From an uncultured virus (IMG/VR IMGVR_UViG_3300046467_003049) (taxonomy: Duplodnaviria; Heunggongvirae; Uroviricota; Caudoviricetes), in the IMG/VR virus record IMGVR_UViG_3300046467_003049: a stretch of 55,438 nt of DNA; one strand, 5' to 3'. This document shows, one piece after another, positions 28,803-39,163 of this stretch. A program made the translations under genes and the position numbers. Each line of letters opens with the position of its first letter. The stretch's first letter is position 1. The notes under the pieces were generated by a model. The model had not been told where the DNA came from and made no database searches. It saw only the letters and a program-made list of their open reading frames with translations.

Positions 28803-29015
28803 TTAATTCAGTAGTGCAGATGCCGCACCAGAAACATTATAGACTTTAGCGTCCGTTACAGTGTGAGTGCTACTACCACCCAATGTACCATAAACACCTT
28901 CAATTCGAATTGTACTCGGCTTCTCTTCATTACCCATCTCAATCGCTTCATCTAAAAGCTGTGAATAATAAGCGTCAGAACTAAAATCAAATGGATTAAC
29001 TTGTGAACGTCTCAT
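28803..29015 (-). CDS. hypothetical protein
   Basis: CACACGCAAGG leader, own promoter. Confidence 0.65.
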   Translation of the reverse strand: MRRSQVNPFDFSSDAYYSQLLDEAIEMGNEEKPSTIRIEGVYGTLGGSSTHTVTDAKVYNVSGAASALLN

Positions 29016-29124
29016 AATAATAACCTTGCGTGTGTGGACTTGTTTAAGTAACTCCATAATAAATCATTATGATAATCTGTCAATCATTTTATGTTAATAA
29101 TTGGCAAATTAATTAATAAAATTA

Positions 29125-29604
29125 TTAAGCTGCTTTTTCGAGTAAAACCTCACCGTTACAGAAAGTGCCGACCTTGTTGTACTCATTAAACATATCCATA
29201 AATTTAGCTTCGATTTGAGCCACGAAATTCTTACTCAAAGGCGCTCTACTAGCCTCCTCTGCATAATAGCTACCATCTAGCTCATCAAACTTAGACTTAA
29301 GCCATACTGCCGTTAAACCGCAATACTCAGAAACACCGATATATGCTAAATCATTCTCTAGCAACACTCTATCTTCTCTCCCTAACCACTTATCGTTTAC
29401 AACAACAAATGATGGCCATTGCTCTTGTGCGCTTTCTATGATTGATTCTTTAAGAAAATCATAGTCGTCTTCAGCTTGAAATTCAGAGTAACCGGCATCA
29501 AAATCATACGCTTGCTTCTCATCGTTGTAATCGTAACCAAAATAACCAGTGTCTTTTCGTGCAACCGCTTGACAGTTGCTTGGTGTACTTACTGAACGAC
29601 CCAT
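29125..29604 (-). CDS. hypothetical acidic protein
   Basis: CACACACAAGG leader, own promoter. Confidence 0.8.
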   Translation of the reverse strand: MGRSVSTPSNCQAVARKDTGYFGYDYNDEKQAYDFDAGYSEFQAEDDYDFLKESIIESAQEQWPSFVVVNDKWLGREDRVLLENDLAYIGVSEYCGLTAVWLKSKFDELDGSYYAEEASRAPLSKNFVAQIEAKFMDMFNEYNKVGTFCNGEVLLEKAA

Positions 29605-29765
29605 AATTTGTACCTTGTGTGTGTTTGACTATACACCTATATTATCATAATGAAATTCACTGTCAATCATTTATTTTCTTTCTGGCACAACTAAACACTA
29701 AAGCTTAATAATAAACTTCAGTTAATTTGAGCAAGGCACATTTAAATCAAATCAGTTACCAAAAA

Positions 29766-29972
29766 CTAGTCGCCGGCAATTTTACGGATCATATCGTCAT
29801 GACTCATTCTTGTTAGTGTGCCAAAAGAAACCCAATAAGCAATAGCAAGAAAACTTCTTTCATTACCCCAAAGGCGCTTAGCAACAAACGTTAACGCGAG
29901 AACATACACCAATAGCATCACTAATAGCACTATTGCCACTTTTCCCAAATAAACCATGATTAAAGCTTCCAC
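29766..29972 (-). CDS. small membrane protein
   Basis: Hydrophobic ORF adjacent to upstream ORF. Confidence 0.6.
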   Translation of the reverse strand: MEALIMVYLGKVAIVLLVMLLVYVLALTFVAKRLWGNERSFLAIAYWVSFGTLTRMSHDDMIRKIAGD

Positions 29973-29973
29973 G

Positions 29974-30183
29974 CTAACCCTCTTTACCTAAACTGATTAT
30001 TTTATTAAGGCGTTCTATCTCATCCGCCATGCCCAAGCAAAGGCATTGAAGTTCTTCGAAGTGAGTTCCGTTACTATGAACAAATTCATTTACAGCTGTA
30101 AAGCTATAATCAACAGGCATGGAAACACCCTCAACCTCTTCACTTACGGCTATACCTGTTTTCCCATCAATTGTTACACTCAT
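29974..30183 (-). CDS. hypothetical protein
   Basis: GGAG SD. Confidence 0.65.
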   Translation of the reverse strand: MSVTIDGKTGIAVSEEVEGVSMPVDYSFTAVNEFVHSNGTHFEELQCLCLGMADEIERLNKIISLGKEG

Positions 30184-30222
30184 ACTTCAACTCCAACAAA
30201 CTCTGTGTGGTAATATGAAAGG

Positions 30223-30441
30223 CTAACTGTCAGCTTTTGCAGACTTCAACCCATCTATTATAGCCTTAGCATTCAATTTTGTGATCACCGTTATTAAAAC
30301 AAAAACTAGGACGGCTAAAAGCTCATGGCCAGAACCCCACATTACAAAAGCAACCTTCCATATTGCGAATATATAAATAACAACCAAAAACAGGCTAAAC
30401 AGCGGGTTTATTGACAATAGCTTTATTAACATTTTGATCAT
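30223..30441 (-). CDS. small two-TM membrane protein
   Basis: GAGG SD, hydrophobic. Confidence 0.65.
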   Translation of the reverse strand: MIKMLIKLLSINPLFSLFLVVIYIFAIWKVAFVMWGSGHELLAVLVFVLITVITKLNAKAIIDGLKSAKADS

Positions 30442-30506
30442 GCGTAGATGCCTCTATTAAAAACAAAGGGCAACCAAGCCCTTTGTACTTTGATTTCAAA
30501 TCCCAC

Positions 30507-30641
30507 TTAACTTGACACAACCTGAAACTTAATGCCTTTACTACGCTTACTTTCGTATGAGTAGGTTTTGTTTTCGTGACGTTGCGAAGCTACAGCAAGT
30601 ATGCCTAAAGCTCCTAAAGCAAGTGAAAATAACGTTACCAT
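30507..30641 (-). CDS. 44-aa membrane-anchored peptide
   Basis: AGGAG SD before MVTLFSLALGALGILAVA. Confidence 0.55.
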   Translation of the reverse strand: MVTLFSLALGALGILAVASQRHENKTYSYESKRSKGIKFQVVSS

Positions 30642-30846
30642 GTGTATGACTCCTAATAAATAAAAGTGCGATCTGGCGCTCCCCAAACCGTGCATAAAGC
30701 ATATTATCATTTTGATGTTTTGTCAATCATTTTATTTCATGTTGGAGTAGTTTTAGTCTTGACTTGGCAACAATAAAGGGTATATAATGGCTATGAATTA
30801 ACAAACAAGGTACTTAGCTGTGAATACAAATAAACTTTATATTTCA

Positions 30847-31110
30847 GCTTTAGCTTAATTCCAACCACAACTTTTGTGGTGCGACAGTCGGAAGCGGACA
30901 CCTCTCTTTGAAGTGAAATCTCGACAGCTAGGTCTAGTCGCATAGAGCATTAGTTTACGATCTACCGGTAAGTCGCTTTGCGCCATGTGTAATCGCTAAA
31001 CTGCTTAAATAGGAACGACCAGAGTACAGTTGCTATATCGCGTGAACTCGCGATAGCAATTAAGCTAAAGCGAGTTTCCAAGTTGTATTAAACTACAATC
31101 AAGGAAACTC
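30847..31110 (+). ncRNA. structured leader / ncRNA closed by a 14-bp inverted repeat
   Basis: GCTTTAGCTTAATT (30847-30860) / AATTAAGCTAAAGC (31058-31071), several internal hairpins, SD-sequestering hairpin 31072-31110; promoter TTGACT-18-TATAAT at 30759-30788. Confidence 0.6.
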
Positions 31111-31113
31111 AAC

Positions 31114-31863
31114 ATGATCAACAATATTTCTGAATTACTGTGGGAATTTAACCACAACACTATCAGCGACCTTAAAAGCGTTGAACACATCAATTTCACT
31201 CACATTCAAGTGGGCGTCATTGTGGGTGAAAAACATTACTTCGACCTTGGCCAACCAATCGACCCAGGCGCAGTAACCGGTGTTGTTTTAACTACCCAAA
31301 ACAGCAAACCATCCACGTCTTGCTTTACGTTCCCATTCGACCTTAATCAGTTGCATGAACGCGCACTTATGCTTCACGTAAAAGAAACTTTAATCGCTCG
31401 CTATGGCAAATGCCACGAAAGCACGTTAACCGCAATAGAGCACTATCTATGTTGGGATGCCTTTTACGATGCATTACTTGGAGAGCAAAACTTCGACTGC
31501 CCACCAGAATCAACTGAAACCTGTCATTGGCAACCTCAGTATGACGATGGAATTTGGACGAACTTCTATTTCACCCAAAGTGTAAAAATCGACAAAGATG
31601 GACTATGGGGCGTGCTACATTCCTATGACAGTTGCGACTGGGATGAAGAACATCTCGACCTATTAGATGAAGACGGCGTACACTGGTTCCTAAAGGCTCA
31701 GCAAGAATCAATAAGTCAAACGGAATACCAAGAATACTTAGAATGGGTAATTGAGCACAAAACAGATCCCCTGCAACAATTCTTCATTACCAAATCAGGT
31801 GAGGATTACGAAAATAAACTTGTTGAAATCGCCACATCATCACTAAAGGAGATAAAATCATGA
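31114..31863 (+). CDS. hypothetical acidic protein (249 aa)
   Basis: AAGGA SD inside a hairpin. Confidence 0.8.
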   Translation: MINNISELLWEFNHNTISDLKSVEHINFTHIQVGVIVGEKHYFDLGQPIDPGAVTGVVLTTQNSKPSTSCFTFPFDLNQLHERALMLHVKETLIARYGKCHESTLTAIEHYLCWDAFYDALLGEQNFDCPPESTETCHWQPQYDDGIWTNFYFTQSVKIDKDGLWGVLHSYDSCDWDEEHLDLLDEDGVHWFLKAQQESISQTEYQEYLEWVIEHKTDPLQQFFITKSGEDYENKLVEIATSSLKEIKS

Positions 31864-32258
31864 TCGAACGCATCAAAGACCAGGCGGGGATAACTATTTC
31901 TGCCTTATCGTCTCTATTTAACGGCACATCACCCTTTACCATTAGCACGTGCACGTTTAATAATGAATCTATTGATCAAGATGTCACCGGCATTAAAATA
32001 TCAATGACCAACTATCCGCATATCCATTGCCTGATAGGGGTCAAAGAAAAAACAAAATCAATCAGGAAAAGTACACGGCTGTACTACGTGTTTACTCCTG
32101 AACTAGACTTTGGTGATAGTGAAGTAGGGTTAAGCGAGCAATACCACGTGTCAACCGAAGAAATGCCAGATAGCAACCAAGCATTCAACCTCTATAACGA
32201 TGCGATATACTTTGCTATTTTCGAGTTACTGAAAATAAGCACCAACAGTGACGACTAA
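31860..32258 (+). CDS. hypothetical protein
   Basis: ATGA overlap, AAGGAG SD. Confidence 0.75.
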   Translation: MIERIKDQAGITISALSSLFNGTSPFTISTCTFNNESIDQDVTGIKISMTNYPHIHCLIGVKEKTKSIRKSTRLYYVFTPELDFGDSEVGLSEQYHVSTEEMPDSNQAFNLYNDAIYFAIFELLKISTNSDD

Positions 32259-32333
32259 ACCAATATAACGCAAACACAGAAAAGGGCACATAGTGCCCTT
32301 TATTTTGCTTTAAATTATTATTCGAGTGATACG

Positions 32334-32618
32334 TCAAAGATAAGCAGTAAGTTCCTCTGGTAACTCCTCAGAGACAACACGTAGCACTATAGAGCTAATC
32401 TCAGACTCCCGTTCATCACTTAAACCTAGATCCAACGTCCAAACTTCGTTCATATCGCTAATAAATGAAGATGGCGTATCTAGATCACTTCCTGTTTTCG
32501 GGCAGATACCTTCGGAAGCATCGCTTTGTTCAGGTGTAACAAGCAAACCATCTAGCAACGCTGCTTGCACGTACTGCCTAGTTCTTGATGATATGTATTC
32601 GTTTGAAAATTGTTCCAC
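32334..32618 (-). CDS. hypothetical protein
   Basis: ORF in co-oriented operon. Confidence 0.65.
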   Translation of the reverse strand: MEQFSNEYISSRTRQYVQAALLDGLLVTPEQSDASEGICPKTGSDLDTPSSFISDMNEVWTLDLGLSDERESEISSIVLRVVSEELPEELTAYL

Positions 32619-32630
32619 GGTATTTTCCCT

Positions 32631-32864
32631 TTAGGTGTCTATTAAATCCGTACTATAGATTAATCCGCTTCTTGACCTAGCCATGCCTATTTCGCAACGA
32701 ATTTTATTTGTAAGAGGTTTGGGGCATTTATTTAAAGGCTTACCCTCAACAGTGCATTCAAAGTCATCAAGCTGACATTCAACAACATATGGATTGTGAT
32801 GCTCAAATCTAGCTGCACAACCGTTACAAGTTCTTGCTTTAATCAATTGAACAAACATAAACAA
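32631..32864 (-). CDS. Cys-rich hypothetical protein
   Basis: CNGC...C...C...CPKP; AAGGA SD. Confidence 0.65.
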   Translation of the reverse strand: MFMFVQLIKARTCNGCAARFEHHNPYVVECQLDDFECTVEGKPLNKCPKPLTNKIRCEIGMARSRSGLIYSTDLIDT

Positions 32865-32882
32865 TAATTTTCCTTTATTTTT

Positions 32883-33095
32883 TTACGCGTTAATTGTTGA
32901 TGTTCTACGTGAACCTAATGATTCAAGCATATTTTCAATTTTGATACGATTGTATTGAGTTGCTGATAATTGACCTTGAGCATACATATCGCTTTTAGGT
33001 TTGCTTTTAAGTTCTTTTTCATCTTCTAACATTTCAACTAAAAGCAATTTCAAAGAGTTTTTCAACTTGTCGTTAATCATCACATTTAACCCCAT
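32883..33095 (-). CDS. hypothetical protein
   Basis: GAGGGGA SD. Confidence 0.65.
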   Translation of the reverse strand: MGLNVMINDKLKNSLKLLLVEMLEDEKELKSKPKSDMYAQGQLSATQYNRIKIENMLESLGSRRTSTINA

Positions 33096-33111
33096 TTGAA
33101 TTTCCCCTCAA

Positions 33112-33435
33112 TTAAGCTGCAATTGCTGCACGTGCTTGTGCGCGTTTAGCTCTACGATCTGCAATGCGTTTTATATTACGCGCTTTAGCTGCTGACTGCG
33201 TATTGTACGTATCAGTTAGCATCATACCCATTTTTAACTTATGGATTAGCTCTACTTCCCAATCTGCTCTTCGCACAGAACTTTCAGTGATAACTAAACC
33301 TGAACAACCCTCATTTGCCTTTACAATACGACGAGCGATTCTGTTAGTTATTAAATCAAGCAATCTACGCGTTCTTGTTTGACCGATTGACTCTACAAAA
33401 TCTTTAGCTTGTTGTTCGTTTTTTAGTAATGACAT
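33112..33435 (-). CDS. basic hypothetical protein
   Basis: Start trimmed to MSLLK; own promoter. Confidence 0.75.
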   Translation of the reverse strand: MSLLKNEQQAKDFVESIGQTRTRRLLDLITNRIARRIVKANEGCSGLVITESSVRRADWEVELIHKLKMGMMLTDTYNTQSAAKARNIKRIADRRAKRAQARAAIAA

Positions 33436-33585
33436 GTGGTGTGCTCTTGTTAGTTGGTATGTATATATATTAACACAAAGCACGCTTTTGTCAATCATTT
33501 ATTTTTAAATAAGCACAAATAAACACAACTTTTTAAAGCCATGTTTACTGTTTTTATTTTAGATTAATACGCTTAGATTCGCCTT

Positions 33586-33990
33586 TTACGCGACTAGCTC
33601 AAGCTCGGCTATATCGGACGGGATTTCATCGAGAATTTCACCTATGACCTCACCATGGCGTTCTTGCCATTCAAACCAAGGTTGGTTAATAACTTTGTAC
33701 CCTGCAAACGCTTTATTTTCCGCACCTTGCAAAAATGCTAAAAGCTCAACTTTAGTTGCTTTTATGTCAGTGTAAATAAGCTTAATAATATCGGTACCAG
33801 TGATATGTAAACCATCAGGTGTTTCTAATTTTGCACAACCTACAATAAACAACTCTGCACCATCTTTTGCACAAACAAATGATGTTTGATCTACTTTAGT
33901 GTGATTTAGCTGAATGCTTGCCTCAAAATCCGACATTATATTCGAATCAAATCTAAGCATAGCGTTATAAGGCTTGTTCTGCGTATCCAT
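33586..33990 (-). CDS. hypothetical protein
   Basis: GGGA SD before MDTQ. Confidence 0.7.
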   Translation of the reverse strand: MDTQNKPYNAMLRFDSNIMSDFEASIQLNHTKVDQTSFVCAKDGAELFIVGCAKLETPDGLHITGTDIIKLIYTDIKATKVELLAFLQGAENKAFAGYKVINQPWFEWQERHGEVIGEILDEIPSDIAELELVA

Positions 33991-33991
33991 G

Positions 33992-34138
33992 TTATTTCCC
34001 ATTTTTTGAAACTGCTAATACAGCACCTAACTTGCTCTTTTTAGGCTCACTGGCGCGTGCATTGTGATCAGGCACCTTTGTTTCTTTTGATTGGAATGCA
34101 CATCTATAACAATCACATTTATAACCGTGCATAGCCAT
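33992..34138 (-). CDS. 48-aa hypothetical protein with CxCxxC (not in ORF track)
   Basis: AAGGA SD; MAMHGYKCDCYRC... Confidence 0.5.
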   Translation of the reverse strand: MAMHGYKCDCYRCAFQSKETKVPDHNARASEPKKSKLGAVLAVSKNGK

Positions 34139-34172
34139 GATAAATCCTTTGTTAAGAAAAAGTGAGTGTTAT

Positions 34173-34682
34173 CTATTCAGCAAGCAGCTTTCTCGCTTCA
34201 CACAATTTTTCGAACAATGCTTGAGATTCTTCATCACAAACATCAATCCCATCAATAATTTTATTTAATAAAGCAGCTGATGTTTCAGCTTTGCCTCCAA
34301 CAATCAATTTGTACACTTCGTGTAATTTTTCGAACAATGCTTGAGATTCTTCATCACAAACATCAATCCCATTAAGAGCTTCATTCAACAAGGGAATTGA
34401 CGCTTTAGTTTTATTTTGAACTAACATTATATCAGCAAGCAGCTTTCTCGCTTCACACAATTTTTCGAACAATGCTTGAGATTCTTCATCACAAACATCA
34501 ATCCCATCAATAACTTTATTTAATAAAGCAGCTGATGTTTCAGCTTTGCCTCCAACAATCAATTTGTACACTTCGTGTAATTTTTCGAACAATGCTTGAG
34601 ATTCTTCATCACAAACATCAATCCCATTAAGAGTTTCATTCAACAAGGCAATTGACGATTTAGTTTTGTTTTGTTCTAACAT
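34173..34682 (-). CDS. repeat protein with 4x GIDVCDEESQALFEKL
   Basis: Near-perfect ~250-bp tandem duplication, each half containing two repeats. Confidence 0.8.
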   Translation of the reverse strand: MLEQNKTKSSIALLNETLNGIDVCDEESQALFEKLHEVYKLIVGGKAETSAALLNKVIDGIDVCDEESQALFEKLCEARKLLADIMLVQNKTKASIPLLNEALNGIDVCDEESQALFEKLHEVYKLIVGGKAETSAALLNKIIDGIDVCDEESQALFEKLCEARKLLAE

Positions 34683-34759
34683 TATATGCTCGCTTGTGTG
34701 TGTTGTTTCAGTAACTTAATATTATCATAATGAAACTATACGTCAATCTTTTATTTCTA

Positions 34760-35419
34760 TTAAGCGGCTATTTCACCCTTTTCTTTTTCAAGGGAATTTA
34801 ACAAGTGATCTATCACATTATACACCGCATACTCACACACTTCCTCAGCGCTTTCAGCACCAACAATATCTGCCAAGCTATGCGTATAGCCATAAGTCGC
34901 TGTAAGCTCCGTTAGCTGGCGTACAACATCATTTTCACCCTCTTCTATGATGTTATATGAGGTGTACTCATTAATCACTATATCGTCCATTGTTAAATCA
35001 TAACGACTCACAATATCTTCAACGTTCTTAAATATACCGCAAGCATCAACAAAGTAATCTTGACCTGATACATTGACTTTTATAAACCCATGCGCAGATA
35101 CGCCAACATTGCTAAGTATCACATGCATATAGCTAACCTTTAAGCTATCTTCGAAACAAACTAATGCATACAAAAGGTGCTCTGCAATCGCGTAACAGTC
35201 AGCCTGGGCATACTGCTTTGTAATTAGTTCATTTACAGGGAATAACAACGAGTCGCCTTGCATTGCTTTAATTGCATCAAGTAGCTTTTTCGATATTACT
35301 CTATCGTCATGCATCATTTGCTCCCAATCAGTCGTAGGGAACATTAAATTACATAGCGATAATGGCATTTTGTGATCTGCTGATAACTGCTCTTGTACAT
35401 TGGCTGATAAAGATGGCAT
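34760..35419 (-). CDS. hypothetical protein
   Basis: GAGG SD; DCYAIA...H...DACG pattern suggestive of a Cys-His-Asp site (weak). Confidence 0.75.
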   Translation of the reverse strand: MPSLSANVQEQLSADHKMPLSLCNLMFPTTDWEQMMHDDRVISKKLLDAIKAMQGDSLLFPVNELITKQYAQADCYAIAEHLLYALVCFEDSLKVSYMHVILSNVGVSAHGFIKVNVSGQDYFVDACGIFKNVEDIVSRYDLTMDDIVINEYTSYNIIEEGENDVVRQLTELTATYGYTHSLADIVGAESAEEVCEYAVYNVIDHLLNSLEKEKGEIAA

Positions 35420-35549
35420 GTGTAACCTCAATTGATTTCTTATTTGTATAACTTATTTTATCATAATGAAATGATTTGGCAATCTTTTTTCTTGAATTTT
35501 GGGCACAAAAAAGAGGCATTAAATGCCCCTTGATTTTAACTGTATTTAC

Positions 35550-35879
35550 TTAACAAGCAAAATGATTATTGTTGTGACGTAACTCTTCATCACTCATTAA
35601 ATGCGCATCGCCGATGCTTTGATGATACTTAGAGCCATAAGAGGGATCTATATCAACCCATCTACCCGCCTGAACATCAAAAACATTTTTCCCCGCATCT
35701 TTAATTTCTTTACAAGAGGCAATAAACCCCTCTACTTCTTCAAGCGAACGAAACGACTCAACGTAAGCAAAACGACGACCAGACTTTAATTCAATTGTTG
35801 GTGTATAAATACTACCAAAAACAGCACCGTCTTCATTAAAATCTACTTCTACTTCGCGATCTGTCCAATAAATTTCCAT
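35550..35879 (-). CDS. hypothetical protein
   Basis: GAGGTCACACAC-ATG leader, own promoter. Confidence 0.75.
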   Translation of the reverse strand: MEIYWTDREVEVDFNEDGAVFGSIYTPTIELKSGRRFAYVESFRSLEEVEGFIASCKEIKDAGKNVFDVQAGRWVDIDPSYGSKYHQSIGDAHLMSDEELRHNNNHFAC

Positions 35880-35973
35880 GTGTGTGACCTCTTAAAAACT
35901 AACTGACACCATGATACCATACGATATCACTTTGTCAATCATTTTGTTTTATATTAGGCGACTTATCTGGTAA

Positions 35974-36183
35974 TTACGCGATACTTTTTAAACCGTTAAT
36001 TTCATCCTTAACCTTGCTATTGTTTTGAATTGCAGGGCTAAAGTGATACTCAACAATTTCATGGGTTGACGACTGACAGATAATATCAACGATCATATCT
36101 ATCGTGTTACCATCACTCTTAGTCAAGAACACAGGTAATTCATTAATGAAACCGTGGTGCTGTACCATATGGTAATGCATCAA
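35974..36183 (-). CDS. hypothetical protein
   Basis: ORF track; start uncertain. Confidence 0.45.
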   Translation of the reverse strand: MMHYHMVQHHGFINELPVFLTKSDGNTIDMIVDIICQSSTHEIVEYHFSPAIQNNSKVKDEINGLKSIA

Positions 36184-36270
36184 ACAATCACTTTCATTAA
36201 CGCTGATAACTTTAAATTATTTACTTGTTGCATAATACTGCTCCATTAAGTGGTTTTTACGGCTAATTCT

Positions 36271-36663
36271 TTAGCGCAATGCGCGTTTATGGCATCTTTG
36301 CGTTCTTTGGTGCGACACCAACCCTTGCTTTGCAACCGTTCGACCACAATCAGGACATTCAACAGGGGTATTTCGCTCATTTTGACGTTCTATACGCTTT
36401 CGCTCGTACTTCTCAGCAGCTATGCGTTCTGATTCTGTCTGACGATTCAAACCTAATCGCTCACGCTCGATTTCAAGCCACTTGTCACCAAGTAATTCTT
36501 GCGCGACTAACGAAAGGCAATCATCTTCACAATCACCCTCATTCAAGTCTACTTCACAGAACTTACAATGCGTATACGTGCGACCATCATATTCAGTGTC
36601 GAAAGTGCCACCTTGTGCTACCTCCGACAATAACTTTTGAGTTGGAGTTAATTTAAGCGCCAT
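36271..36663 (-). CDS. hypothetical zinc-binding protein
   Basis: CKFC and CPDCG...H...C motifs. Confidence 0.7.
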   Translation of the reverse strand: MALKLTPTQKLLSEVAQGGTFDTEYDGRTYTHCKFCEVDLNEGDCEDDCLSLVAQELLGDKWLEIERERLGLNRQTESERIAAEKYERKRIERQNERNTPVECPDCGRTVAKQGLVSHQRTQRCHKRALR

Positions 36664-36665
36664 AA

Positions 36666-36968
36666 CTAGTACTCTTCATCTTCGACGTCTAAGTCTTCAA
36701 CCGATGAGCCATTCAATACGTAAACCGCTGCACCTTCCACATCGTCACCCAAATCTTCTTTAGCACGACTTTCACTCACTAACTTGTAACCGCTGTTCGA
36801 ATACGCAGATTCAACGGCATAAGCCTTGGTAGGCGTCAACTCAAGAGCTATTGCTTGAATAGTGGAGGCACGATCACCATAGTCAGCACCAACAACTAAT
36901 TGCGCATCCATAGGTAAGCTAGCAATTGCACAAATAAGTTCTTCTTTAGAGATAGTAAGTAAGTCCAT
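36666..36968 (-). CDS. hypothetical acidic protein
   Basis: CACACACACAGGA leader, own promoter. Confidence 0.75.
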   Translation of the reverse strand: MDLLTISKEELICAIASLPMDAQLVVGADYGDRASTIQAIALELTPTKAYAVESAYSNSGYKLVSESRAKEDLGDDVEGAAVYVLNGSSVEDLDVEDEEY

Positions 36969-37186
36969 AATAATTTCCTGTGTGTGTGTTGGCACTTGTT
37001 TCAAGTGAGTAACGCTATATTATCACAATGAGCACTAGTGTCAATCATTTATTTTATAAATAACAAAATAACCTAACCCGATTTTAGCTAATGTTTAGTG
37101 GGCGGGAACAAAAAAACCCAACAATAAAGTTAGGTTTAGGTCTAGGTTTACTTAGGCTTAATTACTCAAGCATTGCGCTACATCAG

Positions 37187-37486
37187 CTATATATGGTTTT
37201 CAAAATCAATATGCACATTCTCAGTAAGCCAACTACCAACACTTAACGTTTCATCACCTACGCTGTCAATCTGCCACTTTTCAAGCAAGACCTTAACGTA
37301 CTTCTTCAAACCATCATCACTCAGCTTCCCACAACTAATCGAACTAGGAAGATCTAAAACCATGATAAATGCATGCGCTTTACTAAAAACAGGTGCTGCC
37401 TTCCCAGAGTCATGAGTAGCCTCACAATGAAGGGCTATAAAATACCATCTAACAGCTAATTCTCGAACTCGAATCTCTGATAACAT
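37187..37486 (-). CDS. hypothetical protein, paralog of 37599..37901
   Basis: SEIRVRELA.RWYF.AL...AFIMVLD shared; upstream regions also similar. Confidence 0.8.
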   Translation of the reverse strand: MLSEIRVRELAVRWYFIALHCEATHDSGKAAPVFSKAHAFIMVLDLPSSISCGKLSDDGLKKYVKVLLEKWQIDSVGDETLSVGSWLTENVHIDFENHI

Positions 37487-37598
37487 GAACTTTAACCCCT
37501 GGTGAATGCTTTATCATTTAATATAGTTACAGTATAGCAAATAACAACAGCTTGTCAATCATTTATTTTGCATGCGTCGCGCCACAACAAGGTAACAG

Positions 37599-37901
37599 CT
37601 ATATATAATGCTCAAAATCAACGTTCACATTCTTATGTAGCCAATTACCAACATTTAACGTCTTATCATCTTCACTGACAAGCTGCCACATCTTAAACAA
37701 AAGCTTGGCGTATTCTCTCAACCCCTCATCACTCCTCTTCCCACTACAAATTGCACTAGGAAAATCTAAAACCATAATAAAAGCATCTGCCGCAGCAAAA
37801 GCGCACGCCGCCTTCTCTTGGTCACCATCAACAACCTCATTGTAAAGCGCTAAAAAATACCACCTTATAGCCAACTCACGAACTCTAATCTCTGATTTCA
37901 T
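37599..37901 (-). CDS. hypothetical protein, paralog of 37187..37486
   Basis: Tandem duplication. Confidence 0.8.
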   Translation of the reverse strand: MKSEIRVRELAIRWYFLALYNEVVDGDQEKAACAFAAADAFIMVLDFPSAICSGKRSDEGLREYAKLLFKMWQLVSEDDKTLNVGNWLHKNVNVDFEHYI

Positions 37902-38638
37902 AATACCTAACCCTGGGGAACGTCTCATCATTCAATATAATCACATCATAGCAAACGACGTTATCTTATCAATCATTTATTTTAACAATGGGCGATTAAG
38001 CGATAATAGATTTAAACCTTACCACTAGGCAACGAGGCAACACTTTCCCCTATACGTATACAAGGCATCTAAAACGACCAAATATGACTTCAACCCATTA
38101 ACATGTAATGTTACGCCTATATCACTAGAATGCTTTATATGGTGTTCTTGGTGAGCTTAACTGCCTATTGCCCAATAGACCCTAACGCAACTAACTCAAG
38201 ACGCCTTAACAAGTTTATTACTACGCGCTAACCGGTTAACATCTCCCCTATACTACTACATTCACCTATAGCGTAGAACAACATGCAATAATACCTAACC
38301 AATCAATAAAGCAACGCACACAAAAGCACTATCTCTGTACCATCAGTAAAGTAGGCGAATGAATCTTAGGTCTCGCTTTTTGCACGAACAATCTTCAACG
38401 AATTTACAAACGCGCACCCTACCACCGTCACAATAATACCCAATGGTACTGCTAAAAATATGGCTAAAAACTTGCCTTCCAATAAATACATGTAAACCTC
38501 TACTAAGCTATACACACAGTCTATCACATTATTTCATTTTGATAAAGAGTTATTATTATCATTTTAAAATTTATTATAGTTGACACGACTTTTCATTATG
38601 ATAAAATGGTTTTACTAATCACACACAAGGTAACGCAA

Positions 38639-39070
38639 ATGAAAACCATAATTAAAAACTCAGTAAAAGTAGCCTTAACACCACGTGGCGGCGATATTCT
38701 TCAATCACTAATTAAAATTGAAGATGCGGAAAAAGTTGTCGTAAACATTGGTGGCGGAATGGGTGGTGGGCGTCATGAGATCTTAACCAATTCATATACT
38801 ATTGATGGTTCATTAATGAGCGTGAAAAACATAGTCACCGGTGAAGTCGAATTGATTGGTGTAGGTGCACTTGCTTACATTGAGCCTATTAGCTTACACA
38901 TAGCTGTTGTTGATAACACGGTAAACGCATCACATCACGATAAAGACATCATCAAATCAACACTCACTACTTACATCGTCGCAAATGCTCTTACTAAAAC
39001 CGTTGTTGACGGCAAAAACAGTTCCGACAGTAATGTTGAAACGATAGAGATGTTGGAAATCATCATCTAG
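38639..39070 (+). CDS. hypothetical protein
   Basis: TTGACA...TCATTATGATAAAAT promoter and CACACACAAGG leader on +. Confidence 0.8.
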   Translation: MKTIIKNSVKVALTPRGGDILQSLIKIEDAEKVVVNIGGGMGGGRHEILTNSYTIDGSLMSVKNIVTGEVELIGVGALAYIEPISLHIAVVDNTVNASHHDKDIIKSTLTTYIVANALTKTVVDGKNSSDSNVETIEMLEIII

Positions 39071-39163
39071 CGTACAACAAGCAAGTGTCACCTCAGCTTA
39101 ATAGTGGGGTGATCCTTATGTTTTAGGCAAAACACAGTATTCATCACACACAAGGCAGCAACT

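Noticed and set aside
30820..31071. tmRNA (tag-like NTNKLYISALA*, GCTTTAGCTTAA)
   Set aside because: No tRNA-Ala-like 5' end, T-arm or CCA end nearby
30847..31071. Retron msr-msd or group II intron (GTGCG at 30879)
   Set aside because: No reverse transcriptase in the window and no convincing domain V; kept only as an unclassified structured RNA
37990..38491. Stop-codon recoding suggested by broken hydrophobic frames here and at 26031
   Set aside because: Interruptions use different stops (TAA, TGA) and most genes are intact in the standard code; more likely local decay
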